In this document: positions 39,797-48,783 of the stretch, one piece after another
Layout of the letters: each line of letters opens with the position of its first letter
Numbering within the stretch: the stretch's first letter is position 1
IMG/VR virus record: IMGVR_UViG_3300014836_000320
Span: 22,313 to 86,312 of that record
DNA length: 64,000 nt
From: a virus
Taxonomy: Duplodnaviria; Caudoviricetes
Direction: 5' to 3' (one strand)
Notes under the pieces: model-generated
The model's database searches: none
Told to the model about the DNA's origin: nothing
Seen by the model: the letters and a program-made list of their open reading frames with translations, nothing else
Position numbers and translations under genes: made by a program

Positions 39797-39828
39797 GGTG
39801 GCTCCTTCAGGGGGTTGATGATGTTTAT

Positions 39829-39857
39829 ATTATAGCAAGGCAGGGTAGAAGTGTCAA
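39829..39857 (-). promoter_or_regulatory. Consensus sigma70 promoter inside a long hairpin
   Basis: TTGACA-N17-TATAAT. Confidence 0.85.
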
Positions 39858-39879
39858 CCTCTACCCGCTCCTGCTACAA

Positions 39880-40158
39880 TTAAGAGGCTGTGGCTTCCTT
39901 AGCGCCAGCAGGCTGGACCTGAGCAACAAACTCAGATGCGTCAATCTCAGCCTTAGTCATAGGCTTGGGCAGTTCCACAAACTTGACGTCAGTGCAACCT
40001 GCGCGAACAAGAGTGCGGGTTCGACGCTTGTCGTTAGTATAACGCAGAGCGCCACGACCCTTCTTGTCTACGGCATAGCCGACAAAGGCAAAGGTCTCGC
40101 CAGCGGCAACAGCCTCAACAGCGGCTTCGATGGACTTAGCAGAAACGGGCTTGGACAT
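39880..40158 (-). CDS. Small early protein
   Basis: 92 aa; AGGAG ribosome site; own promoter. Confidence 0.7.
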   Translation of the reverse strand: MSKPVSAKSIEAAVEAVAAGETFAFVGYAVDKKGRGALRYTNDKRRTRTLVRAGCTDVKFVELPKPMTKAEIDASEFVAQVQPAGAKEATAS

Positions 40159-40214
40159 AATGTAAACTCCTGTGAGTGTGTAAAATGTAGCAGAACCATT
40201 CCGCTACAATGTCT

Positions 40215-40243
40215 ACTATACTAGAGATCCAGATCCTTGTCAA
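40215..40243 (-). promoter_or_regulatory. sigma70 promoter
   Basis: TTGACA-N17-TATAGT; leader hairpin at 40186-40208. Confidence 0.75.
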
Positions 40244-40385
40244 CCTCTTTTTGAGTCTTGGGTTTTCGCTTGTAAGCCATACGGTTACGCTCAACCCTAC
40301 CTCGAAAAGGGGTATCTGCTGAATAAAGTTCCGTGGCACGGCGCTTTATTTTGGGCAGTTTGACAGTGATAGTGGTTCTTCGCAT
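40221..40385 (-). CDS. 54-aa basic protein, ArfA-like, absent from the ORF track
   Basis: Manual translation MRRTTITVKLPKIKRRATELYSADTPFRGRVERNRMAYKRKPKTQKEVDKDLDL. Confidence 0.6.
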   Translation of the reverse strand: MRRTTITVKLPKIKRRATELYSADTPFRGRVERNRMAYKRKPKTQKEVDKDLDL

Positions 40386-40394
40386 AGTTCACTT

Positions 40395-40423
40395 ATTATG
40401 CCTGATTCTGGGTCAAAGGTCAA
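40395..40423 (-). promoter_or_regulatory. sigma70 promoter
   Basis: TTGACC-N17-CATAAT, 9 nt before ATG 40385. Confidence 0.7.
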
Positions 40424-40442
40424 CCCCTAAATGCCAAAAAAA

Positions 40443-40548
40443 GTGTTGTATTTTTGCAACACGCTAAGTCATTGATTTTTAAGGGTTTTTTGCTTAATCT
40501 GCTAAGTTGTTGATTTTTAAGGGCTTTTTTGTTGTAAAAATGCCACAA
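40443..40548. repeat. Palindrome plus two ~30-bp direct repeats plus a degenerate inverted palindrome copy
   Basis: gtgttgtatttttgcaacac; gctaagtcattgatttttaagggttttttg and gctaagttgttgatttttaagggcttttttg. Confidence 0.85.
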
Positions 40549-40555
40549 TTTCTGC

Positions 40556-40990
40556 TTATTTTTTGTGCAAATGTAGGTCACGGACTTGACGTAGCACATG
40601 GCTCATAGTAGTAAAATGCTCGCTAACCAACTCTAAGGTTGTGTCAATTGGACTAGTAGCCACGCTGGCCATGCCAAATGCAATGGAGCCCATGTCTTTG
40701 AAATAGTTAGGTGAGGGCCAGCGCCGTTGTTTGAACTCCCAAGCATCAATGAACAAGCATTCTTCTCCTACATTACGAAGTTCTATGCGTTTGGTTAGGC
40801 CAGGTTTGGTTTGTGCTGTCATCATTTTGATTGCAATTGGTTCTTCCCACACATCTGTTCGATCTATGGTTCTTGCAATGGTATGCACAAGGAACGCTTC
40901 AACATCTGGAACCAAATAGGTCTTACTAGCACCTTGTGCTTCCATGACCATTTCCCAACCGGCACGAACATATGGTTCCCAATGCTTCAT
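40556..40990 (-). CDS. Hypothetical protein
   Basis: 144 aa; TAAATA 5 nt upstream. Confidence 0.6.
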   Translation of the reverse strand: MKHWEPYVRAGWEMVMEAQGASKTYLVPDVEAFLVHTIARTIDRTDVWEEPIAIKMMTAQTKPGLTKRIELRNVGEECLFIDAWEFKQRRWPSPNYFKDMGSIAFGMASVATSPIDTTLELVSEHFTTMSHVLRQVRDLHLHKK

Positions 40991-41003
40991 GCGGATATTT
41001 ATT

Positions 41004-41882
41004 CTAGGTGGTAATAATCCTGATCTTATTGCGGTCTTGTTGACTGCGGCATTGATTCATGACACAGGCAAAATGGCTGGTGGGCGGTTGCCAGTCTGGG
41101 TCAAATACATTTCTAGGTTCGCTCCTGCCACCACACTGGCTGTAAGACACAAACCCTCGAGCATTGATCTGCATCCAGTCAACACCAGCATAACATGGCT
41201 TTCCTGTGTAGATAGGATCTGTTGAATTGACCGTTGCCAGGCTCACATAATTGGGATCTGCTTGACCTGGTTGCAAGGGCTCTGTGTTGTCCTGCCATAT
41301 ATCAGGACGGCCATAGATACGATTAACATCAACAAGATCGTATTCTCTGTGTGGTTCACCGTCTACACCACGCAACATCTGCTCTTGACATTGATAGCCA
41401 AGACTACGGAAACGTTGAACATGTTCTCTTGACTCTGTGATTGCACCAGGAGCCAATGGCACAGTGATGGCTATTTGTATATCTCTGCCTTGACTTTCTT
41501 CAAATATAAAATCAAACACCTCGTTGTTTTGCCAAGGATGGTAGGTCAGTTCCAAACGATCAATTAAACCCAGTATTGGATAGATTCCAAACCAAGTGTC
41601 ATCACCACTGGTTTCAAGACAGATGCTGGCAGGGCGTGACTTTATCTTTTTTAGTAAAGTGCTGAGATGAGGATAGTGTAAAGGTTCACCCCCTCCCAGC
41701 GTCCAGTGTATCTTGTTATGATGCTGATAGTGTGCCGCTTGTATTTTTTCAATGACTGTTAGATATTGCTCAACTGTTTTATCTAACGCACCATTTTTAA
41801 ATTCTGCTGGACAGTAACTACACTGAAATGTGCAGTAGCCATTGATAGTCCAAGCAACTTCTGAATGTGCCAACTCAATCAT
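41004..41882 (-). CDS. Radical SAM protein with C-terminal Cys-rich (SPASM/twitch-like) domain
   Basis: CTFQCSYC; GGEP; CYAG..CGG..C...C; TAAATA 5 nt upstream. Confidence 0.85.
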   Translation of the reverse strand: MIELAHSEVAWTINGYCTFQCSYCPAEFKNGALDKTVEQYLTVIEKIQAAHYQHHNKIHWTLGGGEPLHYPHLSTLLKKIKSRPASICLETSGDDTWFGIYPILGLIDRLELTYHPWQNNEVFDFIFEESQGRDIQIAITVPLAPGAITESREHVQRFRSLGYQCQEQMLRGVDGEPHREYDLVDVNRIYGRPDIWQDNTEPLQPGQADPNYVSLATVNSTDPIYTGKPCYAGVDWMQINARGFVSYSQCGGRSEPRNVFDPDWQPPTSHFACVMNQCRSQQDRNKIRIITT

Positions 41883-41902
41883 AATGATATTTATTGAGTG
41901 GT

Positions 41903-42310
41903 TTAAATTTTACCTTGCGCTCTACGACTCAATCCATCTAGCCAAAGAATAACATCGTCATTGACCAGTCGTATCTCCATGGCGTCCTGTTCGCCAAACA
42001 CTCTAAAGTAGCCGTTGCCAAAATAGTAAGGCCAGTCTAAGTGATCTTGCAAGCCAATGAGATGACCAGGCTTAGGAGACCAACCAGGAGTCATCTGATA
42101 ACTCCAATAGCGGAAGTTACCGCGCATGAGGTCCCAACCAAGCGGCGTTAGTCTTAGACCGCGACTGCGACCCGGCACATAGTTTTTAAAAAGGGTGTAA
42201 GGGGATACTTCAACTGTGCCGTCAAGATTGAGGTTCTGTTGAAGAAGATACTCAGTTATTTTTACCGCTAGATCCATGCTCACTGATCTTGCGACCTTGC
42301 TTGAGTTCAA
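41903..42310 (-). CDS. Hypothetical protein
   Basis: ORF in operon; start uncertain (42277 possible). Confidence 0.55.
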   Translation of the reverse strand: MNSSKVARSVSMDLAVKITEYLLQQNLNLDGTVEVSPYTLFKNYVPGRSRGLRLTPLGWDLMRGNFRYWSYQMTPGWSPKPGHLIGLQDHLDWPYYFGNGYFRVFGEQDAMEIRLVNDDVILWLDGLSRRAQGKI

Positions 42311-42563
42311 CCACAGAAAAGTCTGTGGTCTGGAACATTTTGTTTAAGCGATCTGCTAGATTGAAAGCATGGCCAGGATTTGAGAAACTTACCTTCTTAT
42401 ACTTGGGTCCAGGGTATGAAACCAAACTGTTTAAGGTGCGTAGGTTGATGGGCTTGTCTTTGTAAAAGACTGCATAAATTGCGTCAGCACTCAACACTTC
42501 CTCTGCCTTGTAGGAGCGGGGATTAACGTTGCTGAGAAGAATAGTAGGTTTAGGTCTGCTCAT
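42252..42563 (-). CDS. Hypothetical protein
   Basis: 103 aa; TAAATA 8 nt upstream. Confidence 0.65.
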   Translation of the reverse strand: MSRPKPTILLSNVNPRSYKAEEVLSADAIYAVFYKDKPINLRTLNSLVSYPGPKYKKVSFSNPGHAFNLADRLNKMFQTTDFSVVELKQGRKISEHGSSGKNN

Positions 42564-42604
42564 GATGCTGTTATTTATGAGCAGAAGAGAATTAAAACTT
42601 GTTT

Positions 42605-42925
42605 TTAAATCATGAGTCTTGGTGGTTTTGCTTCAAATCCTGTGCCAAAACTAACCACACAAGTTATTTCATTTTTCTCTAGGAACGTGGCCAATACAGT
42701 CCAGTTTCCTGTCTTGCCATTGACCCAAAAACTCATTAAAAACTTGGCACTGGTGCTGTTTTGTATGGCACCTGAGATAATGAACTGTTCTCCGCGCTTG
42801 ACCAAATCGTCACGAATAGTGTTGGTTTCACCACAATGCCATTTGGTTTCTATATCAAAACTTTTGGCATTGGCCGAACACAATGTCAAGAAGGATGCTA
42901 CTACTCCAATCAGCAGTTTATCCAT
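42605..42925 (-). CDS. Putative exported protein
   Basis: Signal-peptide-like N-terminus ending ANA-K. Confidence 0.55.
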   Translation of the reverse strand: MDKLLIGVVASFLTLCSANAKSFDIETKWHCGETNTIRDDLVKRGEQFIISGAIQNSTSAKFLMSFWVNGKTGNWTVLATFLEKNEITCVVSFGTGFEAKPPRLMI

Positions 42926-43901
42926 AGGTAGCGTTTAACCATTCAGTGTGATGTTGAGCCGAGTCTACAGCCTTTTGCATGTTATGCCGCCCACAGAACT
43001 TGATAAAGTGCGGACCCACTGATGGTTTCTTAGGTTGTTGAACAGCAGTGGCAATGGTTTCGTCTAAGATAGACTTGATGTTGCTGGGTTGTGCTCTAAG
43101 GTCAATGATTGAACGATTGCGTTCGTAGTCATCACGCACCAGGTGTTCAACGCCTTCATGGTCGGTCCAACGTTGCAACATTAGATTGTTCCACATGAAT
43201 CCTTTGTTGTTGCGATCAGCATAGGCTTCTTCAAGTCCAACCTTGTTCTTAGAACCTTTGGTTCTAACACCAGGATATGCTGAGAAGATGTTGTCACTGA
43301 CATCACCTCGCATGCATTTTTCAAACAACATCCAGTCAGGGTTAGGAGCAGGTTTGACTTCCTTGGTTTTCTTGTCTACGACTGCTCGCCCCTTGTCGTC
43401 ATAGTAACCTTCGTGTGTTGTCAGCACACCAGCAATGCCGTTGTAGAGTTGAACGTTGGTGGCAATCAGTTGCTCAAAATCGCTGTCGCTGGATACAATT
43501 GTATGATTGTCGTTGGGATGAAGATCAATCCAACGTGCGATCAAATCGTCGGCTTCAACCTGAGCATGTCGTAGCACAGTGATATTGGTCTTGGATTCCA
43601 AGTATTCTCTGAACTCGTCAAAACTCTTCCAAAACAATTCATCTTCAGCCTGCTCCTTGGGAGTTTGAGCCGCACGGGCTTCGCTTCGCTGAGCCTTGTA
43701 AGGACGGTAGACGTCCTTGCGCCAACTGCGACCTTCAAAGCAGAACACCACATGGCGACCTTGGCGCTCTCGCCATTGTTTCAGCACAGAGGCAAGAATA
43801 ATGTGATAACTCATGGCCACACGCTCTTCTGGATCGCCGGAGCGGATCACATGGCGGGCACGGAAGAAGAGATTGGCGGCGTCTACAATAAGATAACTCA
43901 T
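42918..43901 (-). CDS. 5'-3' exonuclease / T4 RNase H-like (FEN family)
   Basis: LIVDAAN, EADDL, SSDSDF, MRGDVSDNI. Confidence 0.9.
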   Translation of the reverse strand: MSYLIVDAANLFFRARHVIRSGDPEERVAMSYHIILASVLKQWRERQGRHVVFCFEGRSWRKDVYRPYKAQRSEARAAQTPKEQAEDELFWKSFDEFREYLESKTNITVLRHAQVEADDLIARWIDLHPNDNHTIVSSDSDFEQLIATNVQLYNGIAGVLTTHEGYYDDKGRAVVDKKTKEVKPAPNPDWMLFEKCMRGDVSDNIFSAYPGVRTKGSKNKVGLEEAYADRNNKGFMWNNLMLQRWTDHEGVEHLVRDDYERNRSIIDLRAQPSNIKSILDETIATAVQQPKKPSVGPHFIKFCGRHNMQKAVDSAQHHTEWLNATYG

Positions 43902-43907
43902 GCAGTA

Positions 43908-43936
43908 ATTCTAACACGAGTAGACTTAGATGTCAA
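43908..43936 (-). promoter_or_regulatory. sigma70 promoter, probably giving a leaderless mRNA
   Basis: TTGACA-N17-TAGAAT, 6 nt before ATG 43901. Confidence 0.7.
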
Positions 43937-44256
43937 CTGGATTTTTGACTTTTATTGCGAGTTTGGACACGACCCGCATCGGCTACAAAATTGCCGTCGG
44001 CAATTTGGTCCATGCTGATGTTTCTACATAGTTCAGTGAACCACATGTCTACAATGGCTTCAGCGGTGGGAGCATTGTAACCATGAGCCATTAGATAGCG
44101 CACAAAGGCCGGATTCCACTCAAGTTCAAAATAACCTTCTTTGGGATTGTTTGGATCAATGTGGGCCTTGACAACATTGACCCAAGGATCAGGACTGTCG
44201 CGCATGCGACGTGCATCATTGTTTTTTATAAAAAGATTTTTAAACCAGTTTAACAT
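43933..44256 (-). CDS. Hypothetical protein
   Basis: 107-aa ORF. Confidence 0.6.
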   Translation of the reverse strand: MLNWFKNLFIKNNDARRMRDSPDPWVNVVKAHIDPNNPKEGYFELEWNPAFVRYLMAHGYNAPTAEAIVDMWFTELCRNISMDQIADGNFVADAGRVQTRNKSQKSS

Positions 44257-45154
44257 TTTTGTGCGTTTGATTGGGTAACATTTTTAACAAGGAACCGTAT
44301 TTTTCAGACTGGGTATCTTCAAGAATCCAAAAAAAGTTTTGGCCATCGTTGGTTGCATACGCCCTTGTTTTATATATGCTGGTAATGAAATCATGTTTTT
44401 CCTTAATGTCTACATTTGACAACAAGGTAGTTTTACCGGCAACACCAATGAACTGTAAATTTAAATCCTGAATGGCCTCTAAAAATAAAGCCAACTGGCT
44501 CGGATGCTCAGCGGCAATATCGTCCACTGCTATCACAGCATTCTTGTTTAAAAAGTCATTGACCAACAGTTTCAGTATGGCCAAATTATTTTGAAAATTG
44601 CTGGCTGATAGGTCAAAAGAAACAAAGTCAAACTTGGTCCCTGCCAGGTTAGCGACATTTTCTGTGATTTGAACTATGTTGGGATACGATGCTTGGAACT
44701 TAGTAGCAACACCACGAATCACTGATTCTAACATTTTAGGGTCAGTGGGTATTGGAAATTCTTTGAGAACGCCCTCGGCACTGGGATTTCTTACACTTTC
44801 GCAGAAATCTCGGATCACATCTGTCACCCATGGATTTTTTGGATCGTAGTTTAGATTGTGTTGTTTGGTAAGTTTAAAAAAGGAAAAGTCATCTACCAAA
44901 TACCATTGAGTTTTACCGCAATGATCACTGGAAACCAGTTCCAGCAGATCTTCAACCATCATTGGCAATGCGCCATAGTAACAGCCTAGATCCAAAAGAG
45001 TGTTGGGTTGAAACAAATGTGTCAGTTGAGCAAATACAACATTATTAAGGTATGTAGGAGAAACAGGCCCAGACAATTGCATGGCTGGTGACTTTAAAAG
45101 TGTAGGCAAAGTAAACCGCAGATACTTTGTATCAACGTTGTGTTTAATTTTCAT
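44240..45154 (-). CDS. Class I SAM-dependent methyltransferase-like protein
   Basis: LLDLGCYYG, FDFVSFD, IAVDD. Confidence 0.65.
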   Translation of the reverse strand: MKIKHNVDTKYLRFTLPTLLKSPAMQLSGPVSPTYLNNVVFAQLTHLFQPNTLLDLGCYYGALPMMVEDLLELVSSDHCGKTQWYLVDDFSFFKLTKQHNLNYDPKNPWVTDVIRDFCESVRNPSAEGVLKEFPIPTDPKMLESVIRGVATKFQASYPNIVQITENVANLAGTKFDFVSFDLSASNFQNNLAILKLLVNDFLNKNAVIAVDDIAAEHPSQLALFLEAIQDLNLQFIGVAGKTTLLSNVDIKEKHDFITSIYKTRAYATNDGQNFFWILEDTQSEKYGSLLKMLPNQTHKNVKLV

Positions 45155-45341
45155 CAAATAAATTTTGTTCTCGAACTTTGATTTCTTCCAACACTTGTTC
45201 GCGCTGATGGTTGGTGTATTCATACCATTCACTGCGCTCTTTGGAAGTTCGAAAACAAGCAATACAAAAATCACCATCAACTACACAAACACCCTGGCAA
45301 GGGTTGGTGTTGTTGGCATGTTCAATGTCGTTGTTAACCAT
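45144..45341 (-). CDS. DUF1289-like small Cys protein
   Basis: PCQGVC..CIACFRT...R..W. Confidence 0.7.
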   Translation of the reverse strand: MVNNDIEHANNTNPCQGVCVVDGDFCIACFRTSKERSEWYEYTNHQREQVLEEIKVREQNLFDEN

Positions 45342-45579
45342 GTCGGTCATTGTAATCGTCCTGGAATTCATAAGGTTTGTTTTTTCTCTTGGTCGTAGTT
45401 TTTTTCTTAAAAACTAATCTCGACCACCAACTTTTTTTAACAGGTTGTGTGCTGGGTGTGAATCCAGCGAACCTAAGACTTTCTACAGCACTACTAATAT
45501 GGCATTCAGGGCAACAACTACCCAAAGGCACTTGTGTTATCTTATTTCCGCAGAGATGGGTCCAAGTAGTGTTATTCAT
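45334..45579 (-). CDS. Hypothetical protein
   Basis: 81 aa, coupled. Confidence 0.45.
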   Translation of the reverse strand: MNNTTWTHLCGNKITQVPLGSCCPECHISSAVESLRFAGFTPSTQPVKKSWWSRLVFKKKTTTKRKNKPYEFQDDYNDRHG

Positions 45580-45609
45580 CTGCGTATGTAGCCTTTCTAA
45601 CAGTTTAAA

Positions 45610-45987
45610 TTAGATCTTAGTTTCAAGTTCTTTAACGGTGTTGACAATAGCACCAGCAAAATTCAATGCAGACTGCTTGTTCAACAGCATGTGATGTTCT
45701 TGTTTGTGGACACCATGAATCAAGATATCCCATACAGCACGAAGTCGTGCCGGCCAATCCTTCCAAAATCCTCTAGTCCAAGTAGTGACATAAAAACTAA
45801 CTTCTACGTCAGGAATATCTTTTTCTCGCTGAACTTCAATCCACATCTTTACAGCATGTTCATCAGCAGAACACTCGCATTCTACATTAAAGACTTGAGC
45901 ATCACCAAAGTCTTGATCAATGCTGATGCCTTGGGCTGGAGTTTGTGCTTTCATTGGGTTTCCTCCTGTGTATCCTGTGCCAAACAT
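45610..45987 (-). CDS. Hypothetical protein
   Basis: TAATG-coupled start. Confidence 0.55.
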   Translation of the reverse strand: MFGTGYTGGNPMKAQTPAQGISIDQDFGDAQVFNVECECSADEHAVKMWIEVQREKDIPDVEVSFYVTTWTRGFWKDWPARLRAVWDILIHGVHKQEHHMLLNKQSALNFAGAIVNTVKELETKI

Positions 45988-46229
45988 TATTTTCTTCCTG
46001 TTGTATAATCTTGATCTTCGTCCACTGGCTCGCAATCTCTGCGATGTGTGAGCATGAACATGGTCATCTCAGGACTGTCACTGTCAATCCAAAATCTAGT
46101 TCTATTCGCATGTGCTTCAAGTTTGATTTTGTTTTCGCGCAACCATTCAAGCACATCAACAAAACATGGATTATGCGAATAAACACAAAATTGCTTGATC
46201 ACTTTCTCCCCCAGTCTATACGGCTCCAT
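45987..46229 (-). CDS. Hypothetical protein
   Basis: 80 aa, coupled. Confidence 0.5.
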   Translation of the reverse strand: MEPYRLGEKVIKQFCVYSHNPCFVDVLEWLRENKIKLEAHANRTRFWIDSDSPEMTMFMLTHRRDCEPVDEDQDYTTGRK

Positions 46230-46423
46230 AGTCTATCATATAGGTAATATGATGTCATCCACACACAATTGATAACAATGGTAGGCAACAATGCCTGTGT
46301 CATGCTTTGTCCAGTGACCAACAACATCACATAGGTTGACAGTATCACCCATATCCTATAGATGATGGTTTTGACCAGTGTTCTGGTTCTAGTTTCTCTT
46401 ACTTGCCCCAACCGTTGCCCCAA
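46199..46423 (-). CDS. DUF2061-like small membrane protein
   Basis: ETRTRTLVKTIIYRI..YYLYDRLWSRIDWG. Confidence 0.6.
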   Translation of the reverse strand: MGQRLGQVRETRTRTLVKTIIYRIWVILSTYVMLLVTGQSMTQALLPTIVINCVWMTSYYLYDRLWSRIDWGRK

Positions 46424-47268
46424 ATATCCACATGCAGTCTGGGACTATAGTTGTAGCCACGCTTGAGTGCTTCATCGGCAACATTGATACGATTACCATC
46501 ATACACACTAACAACACCACCCACAGGCATCACATACACAGGACCTGTAAATCCAGCATAGCGATATTCAGACACCGCCTGATCTACTTCGTCAAAGTGT
46601 TCTAGGGATTCTACCACAAACTTCAAGTAGGTAAACCCCAACCAATTGTAAGATTTTACCACATCAGGCTTGACAGCATCTTCCCAGCGTTCGCCACTGG
46701 CCGACAGTTTGGGACTTACACTAAAAGTAACAGTATCCCAACTACGATCTGAACGCTCGTTCTTCCATTGATAGAAGTAGTCAATGAGTTCTTGATACAA
46801 AGGCTGAGTGCCGTTGGTTTCGAATGTGATGTTGCGTAGATCTTCCATGCCAGGTTGACTCAGCAAGTCGGCATATTCTCGTTGCCAGCCCAACAAAGGT
46901 TCGCCACCGGTGATCACAAGATGAACATCATTGCCATTGCGTTGTTGCCAATGTTGGTTTGGAGTCAATGCCAATAGACGTTGAACCACTTCTTGATTGT
47001 CATATGTGGGGCTTAGATGTTTGAATGCTGGATGCCAACTAGCATAACTGTCACAGCCTGTGCTCACCAGTGGCAATTCTTCAAAAGTTTTGTAGATACC
47101 AACATTTTGTGCAATAGGCTCTACTTCCTTGGTCTTCTCTCCTTTTCTCAGGCCAAAGCCTGCACATTGGAAATTGCAACCAAAAGTTCGTAAAAACACA
47201 CTAGGCACACCAACAAAGCGTCCTTCGCCTTGTGCAGAGTAAAACAGTTCGCTAATTTTAAGTTTCAT
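46399..47268 (-). CDS. queE: 7-carboxy-7-deazaguanine synthase (radical SAM)
   Basis: SELFYSAQGEG..FLRTFGCNFQC..CDS, ITGGEP, FETNGT, SPKL, PRLHVDIW. Confidence 0.9.
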   Translation of the reverse strand: MKLKISELFYSAQGEGRFVGVPSVFLRTFGCNFQCAGFGLRKGEKTKEVEPIAQNVGIYKTFEELPLVSTGCDSYASWHPAFKHLSPTYDNQEVVQRLLALTPNQHWQQRNGNDVHLVITGGEPLLGWQREYADLLSQPGMEDLRNITFETNGTQPLYQELIDYFYQWKNERSDRSWDTVTFSVSPKLSASGERWEDAVKPDVVKSYNWLGFTYLKFVVESLEHFDEVDQAVSEYRYAGFTGPVYVMPVGGVVSVYDGNRINVADEALKRGYNYSPRLHVDIWGNGWGK

Positions 47269-47539
47269 AGATTCTTGACCACCTTTTTAACTTTTCAAAC
47301 TTGCGTTGCTTGGCAAGTTCAATTTCGTTTCCATCAACTACATTGTATAATTTTAACAGATCTATCGCCGCTTGTAAATCCCCTACTTCTTCGGTTAGGC
47401 GTTCACGGTTAGATCCACCTTCCTTGAGGTGAGTCTCGTCAATGCCAAACCTACGGATCTTACAGACCATTTGGCTGACTTCGGCACATTCTTCCTGTAG
47501 CACCGTTAGGATTTCTTCTTCTCGTGTCATGTTATTCAT
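47258..47539 (-). CDS. MazG-like NTP pyrophosphohydrolase
   Basis: LQEECAEV..LTEEVGDL. Confidence 0.7.
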   Translation of the reverse strand: MNNMTREEEILTVLQEECAEVSQMVCKIRRFGIDETHLKEGGSNRERLTEEVGDLQAAIDLLKLYNVVDGNEIELAKQRKFEKLKRWSRIYET

Positions 47540-47766
47540 TCTTTAACCTCCCAAGCCCAATTGACAACCTGCCAGTCACTGAGACAATCTTCAAAACAAT
47601 AATTGGCATCAACATGCTCTTTGCCAAACTTTTCGCACATCTTACCATACCAATACGGATAATATCGTTGACGAATTTCATCCTCAGACAAGGTCTCAAC
47701 ATATCCACCTGTGTCGTTGGATCTTGGTGAATCTGGATCATATTCGTTGTAAGAAAAATATCTCAT
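47536..47766 (-). CDS. Hypothetical protein
   Basis: ATGA-coupled on both sides. Confidence 0.5.
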   Translation of the reverse strand: MRYFSYNEYDPDSPRSNDTGGYVETLSEDEIRQRYYPYWYGKMCEKFGKEHVDANYCFEDCLSDWQVVNWAWEVKE

Positions 47767-48782
47767 TTCAGAAACACATCGTTGATTTGTCGATTCACCC
47801 GGATAAAGGTTGTGCATTTAGGCAGTTGCTTGAGTGTTGGTGCACCAACATAGGTGCAGGTGCTACGCAGGCCACCAAGCAGATCCAGCACAGTCCCATT
47901 AACTGGCCCTCTATAAGGAATTGACACAGTTCGGCCTTCACTGCTACGATATTGTGCCACACCACCGTTGTGTTTGTTCATGGCAGTATCACTGCTCATT
48001 CCGTAAAATGTAACACGGCCATCTTTTACTTCACCGCCACCTTCATCATGTCCAGCCAACATTCCGCCGAGCATGACAAAATCTGCGCCTGCTCCAAATG
48101 CTTTAGCCACATCACCTGGGCAAGTGCAACCGCCATCAGCAATGATATGGGCACCGAGGCCATGTGCCGCATCAGCGCATTCAATGATCGCAGAAAGTTG
48201 CGGGTAGCCAACCCCAGTTTGTATCCGAGTCGTGCATACCGATCCCGGTCCGATTCCAACTTTGACAATGTCGGCTCCTCGTAAAATAAGTTCTTGGGTC
48301 ATATCAGCCGTGACCACGTTGCCGGCAATGATAGTGTGAGAACTAAACGCTTCTCTAACACTATGAATAAAATCACCAAAGTGCTCGCTGTAACCATTGG
48401 CCACGTCAACACAGATAAAATGAATTTCAGGATAGGCTGTTAGAATTTGTCTAAGTCTACTAAAGTCTTCTCTACTGGTTCCAGTGCTGACAGCAAAATA
48501 CTTGCCACCAATGGTAGTCACAATATCATGTAAATCATCGGGCTCGTAGTTTTTAATTAGACAAGTAAACAGCCCGTGTTCGTGCAATGACTCGGCCATA
48601 CCAATAGTGCCAACTCCGTCCATGTTACTGGCCATGACAGGAACACCAGTCCATTCAGTTTGACTGTATTTGAAACGATAGCGACGTTTGAGATCAACTT
48701 CTCGTCGACTTGACAATGTGCTACGCTTGGGGCGAATCAGCACATCGCGAAAGTCTAGTTTGATATCTTCTTCAATACGCAA
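47763..48782 (-). CDS. guaC: GMP reductase
   Basis: [40 protein letters not shown]. Confidence 0.95.
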   Translation of the reverse strand: MRIEEDIKLDFRDVLIRPKRSTLSSRREVDLKRRYRFKYSQTEWTGVPVMASNMDGVGTIGMAESLHEHGLFTCLIKNYEPDDLHDIVTTIGGKYFAVSTGTSREDFSRLRQILTAYPEIHFICVDVANGYSEHFGDFIHSVREAFSSHTIIAGNVVTADMTQELILRGADIVKVGIGPGSVCTTRIQTGVGYPQLSAIIECADAAHGLGAHIIADGGCTCPGDVAKAFGAGADFVMLGGMLAGHDEGGGEVKDGRVTFYGMSSDTAMNKHNGGVAQYRSSEGRTVSIPYRGPVNGTVLDLLGGLRSTCTYVGAPTLKQLPKCTTFIRVNRQINDVFLK

Positions 48783-48783
48783 T

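Noticed and set aside
39788-39799. Eukaryotic Kozak sequence (GCCACCATGG) suggesting a eukaryotic virus
   Set aside because: It is preceded by an AAGGAG Shine-Dalgarno site and a sigma70 promoter; the gene content is bacteriophage
37198-39835. Long + strand ORFs antisense to the VWA and MoxR genes
   Set aside because: No ribosome sites or recognisable motifs; expected opposite GC-richer, codon-biased genes
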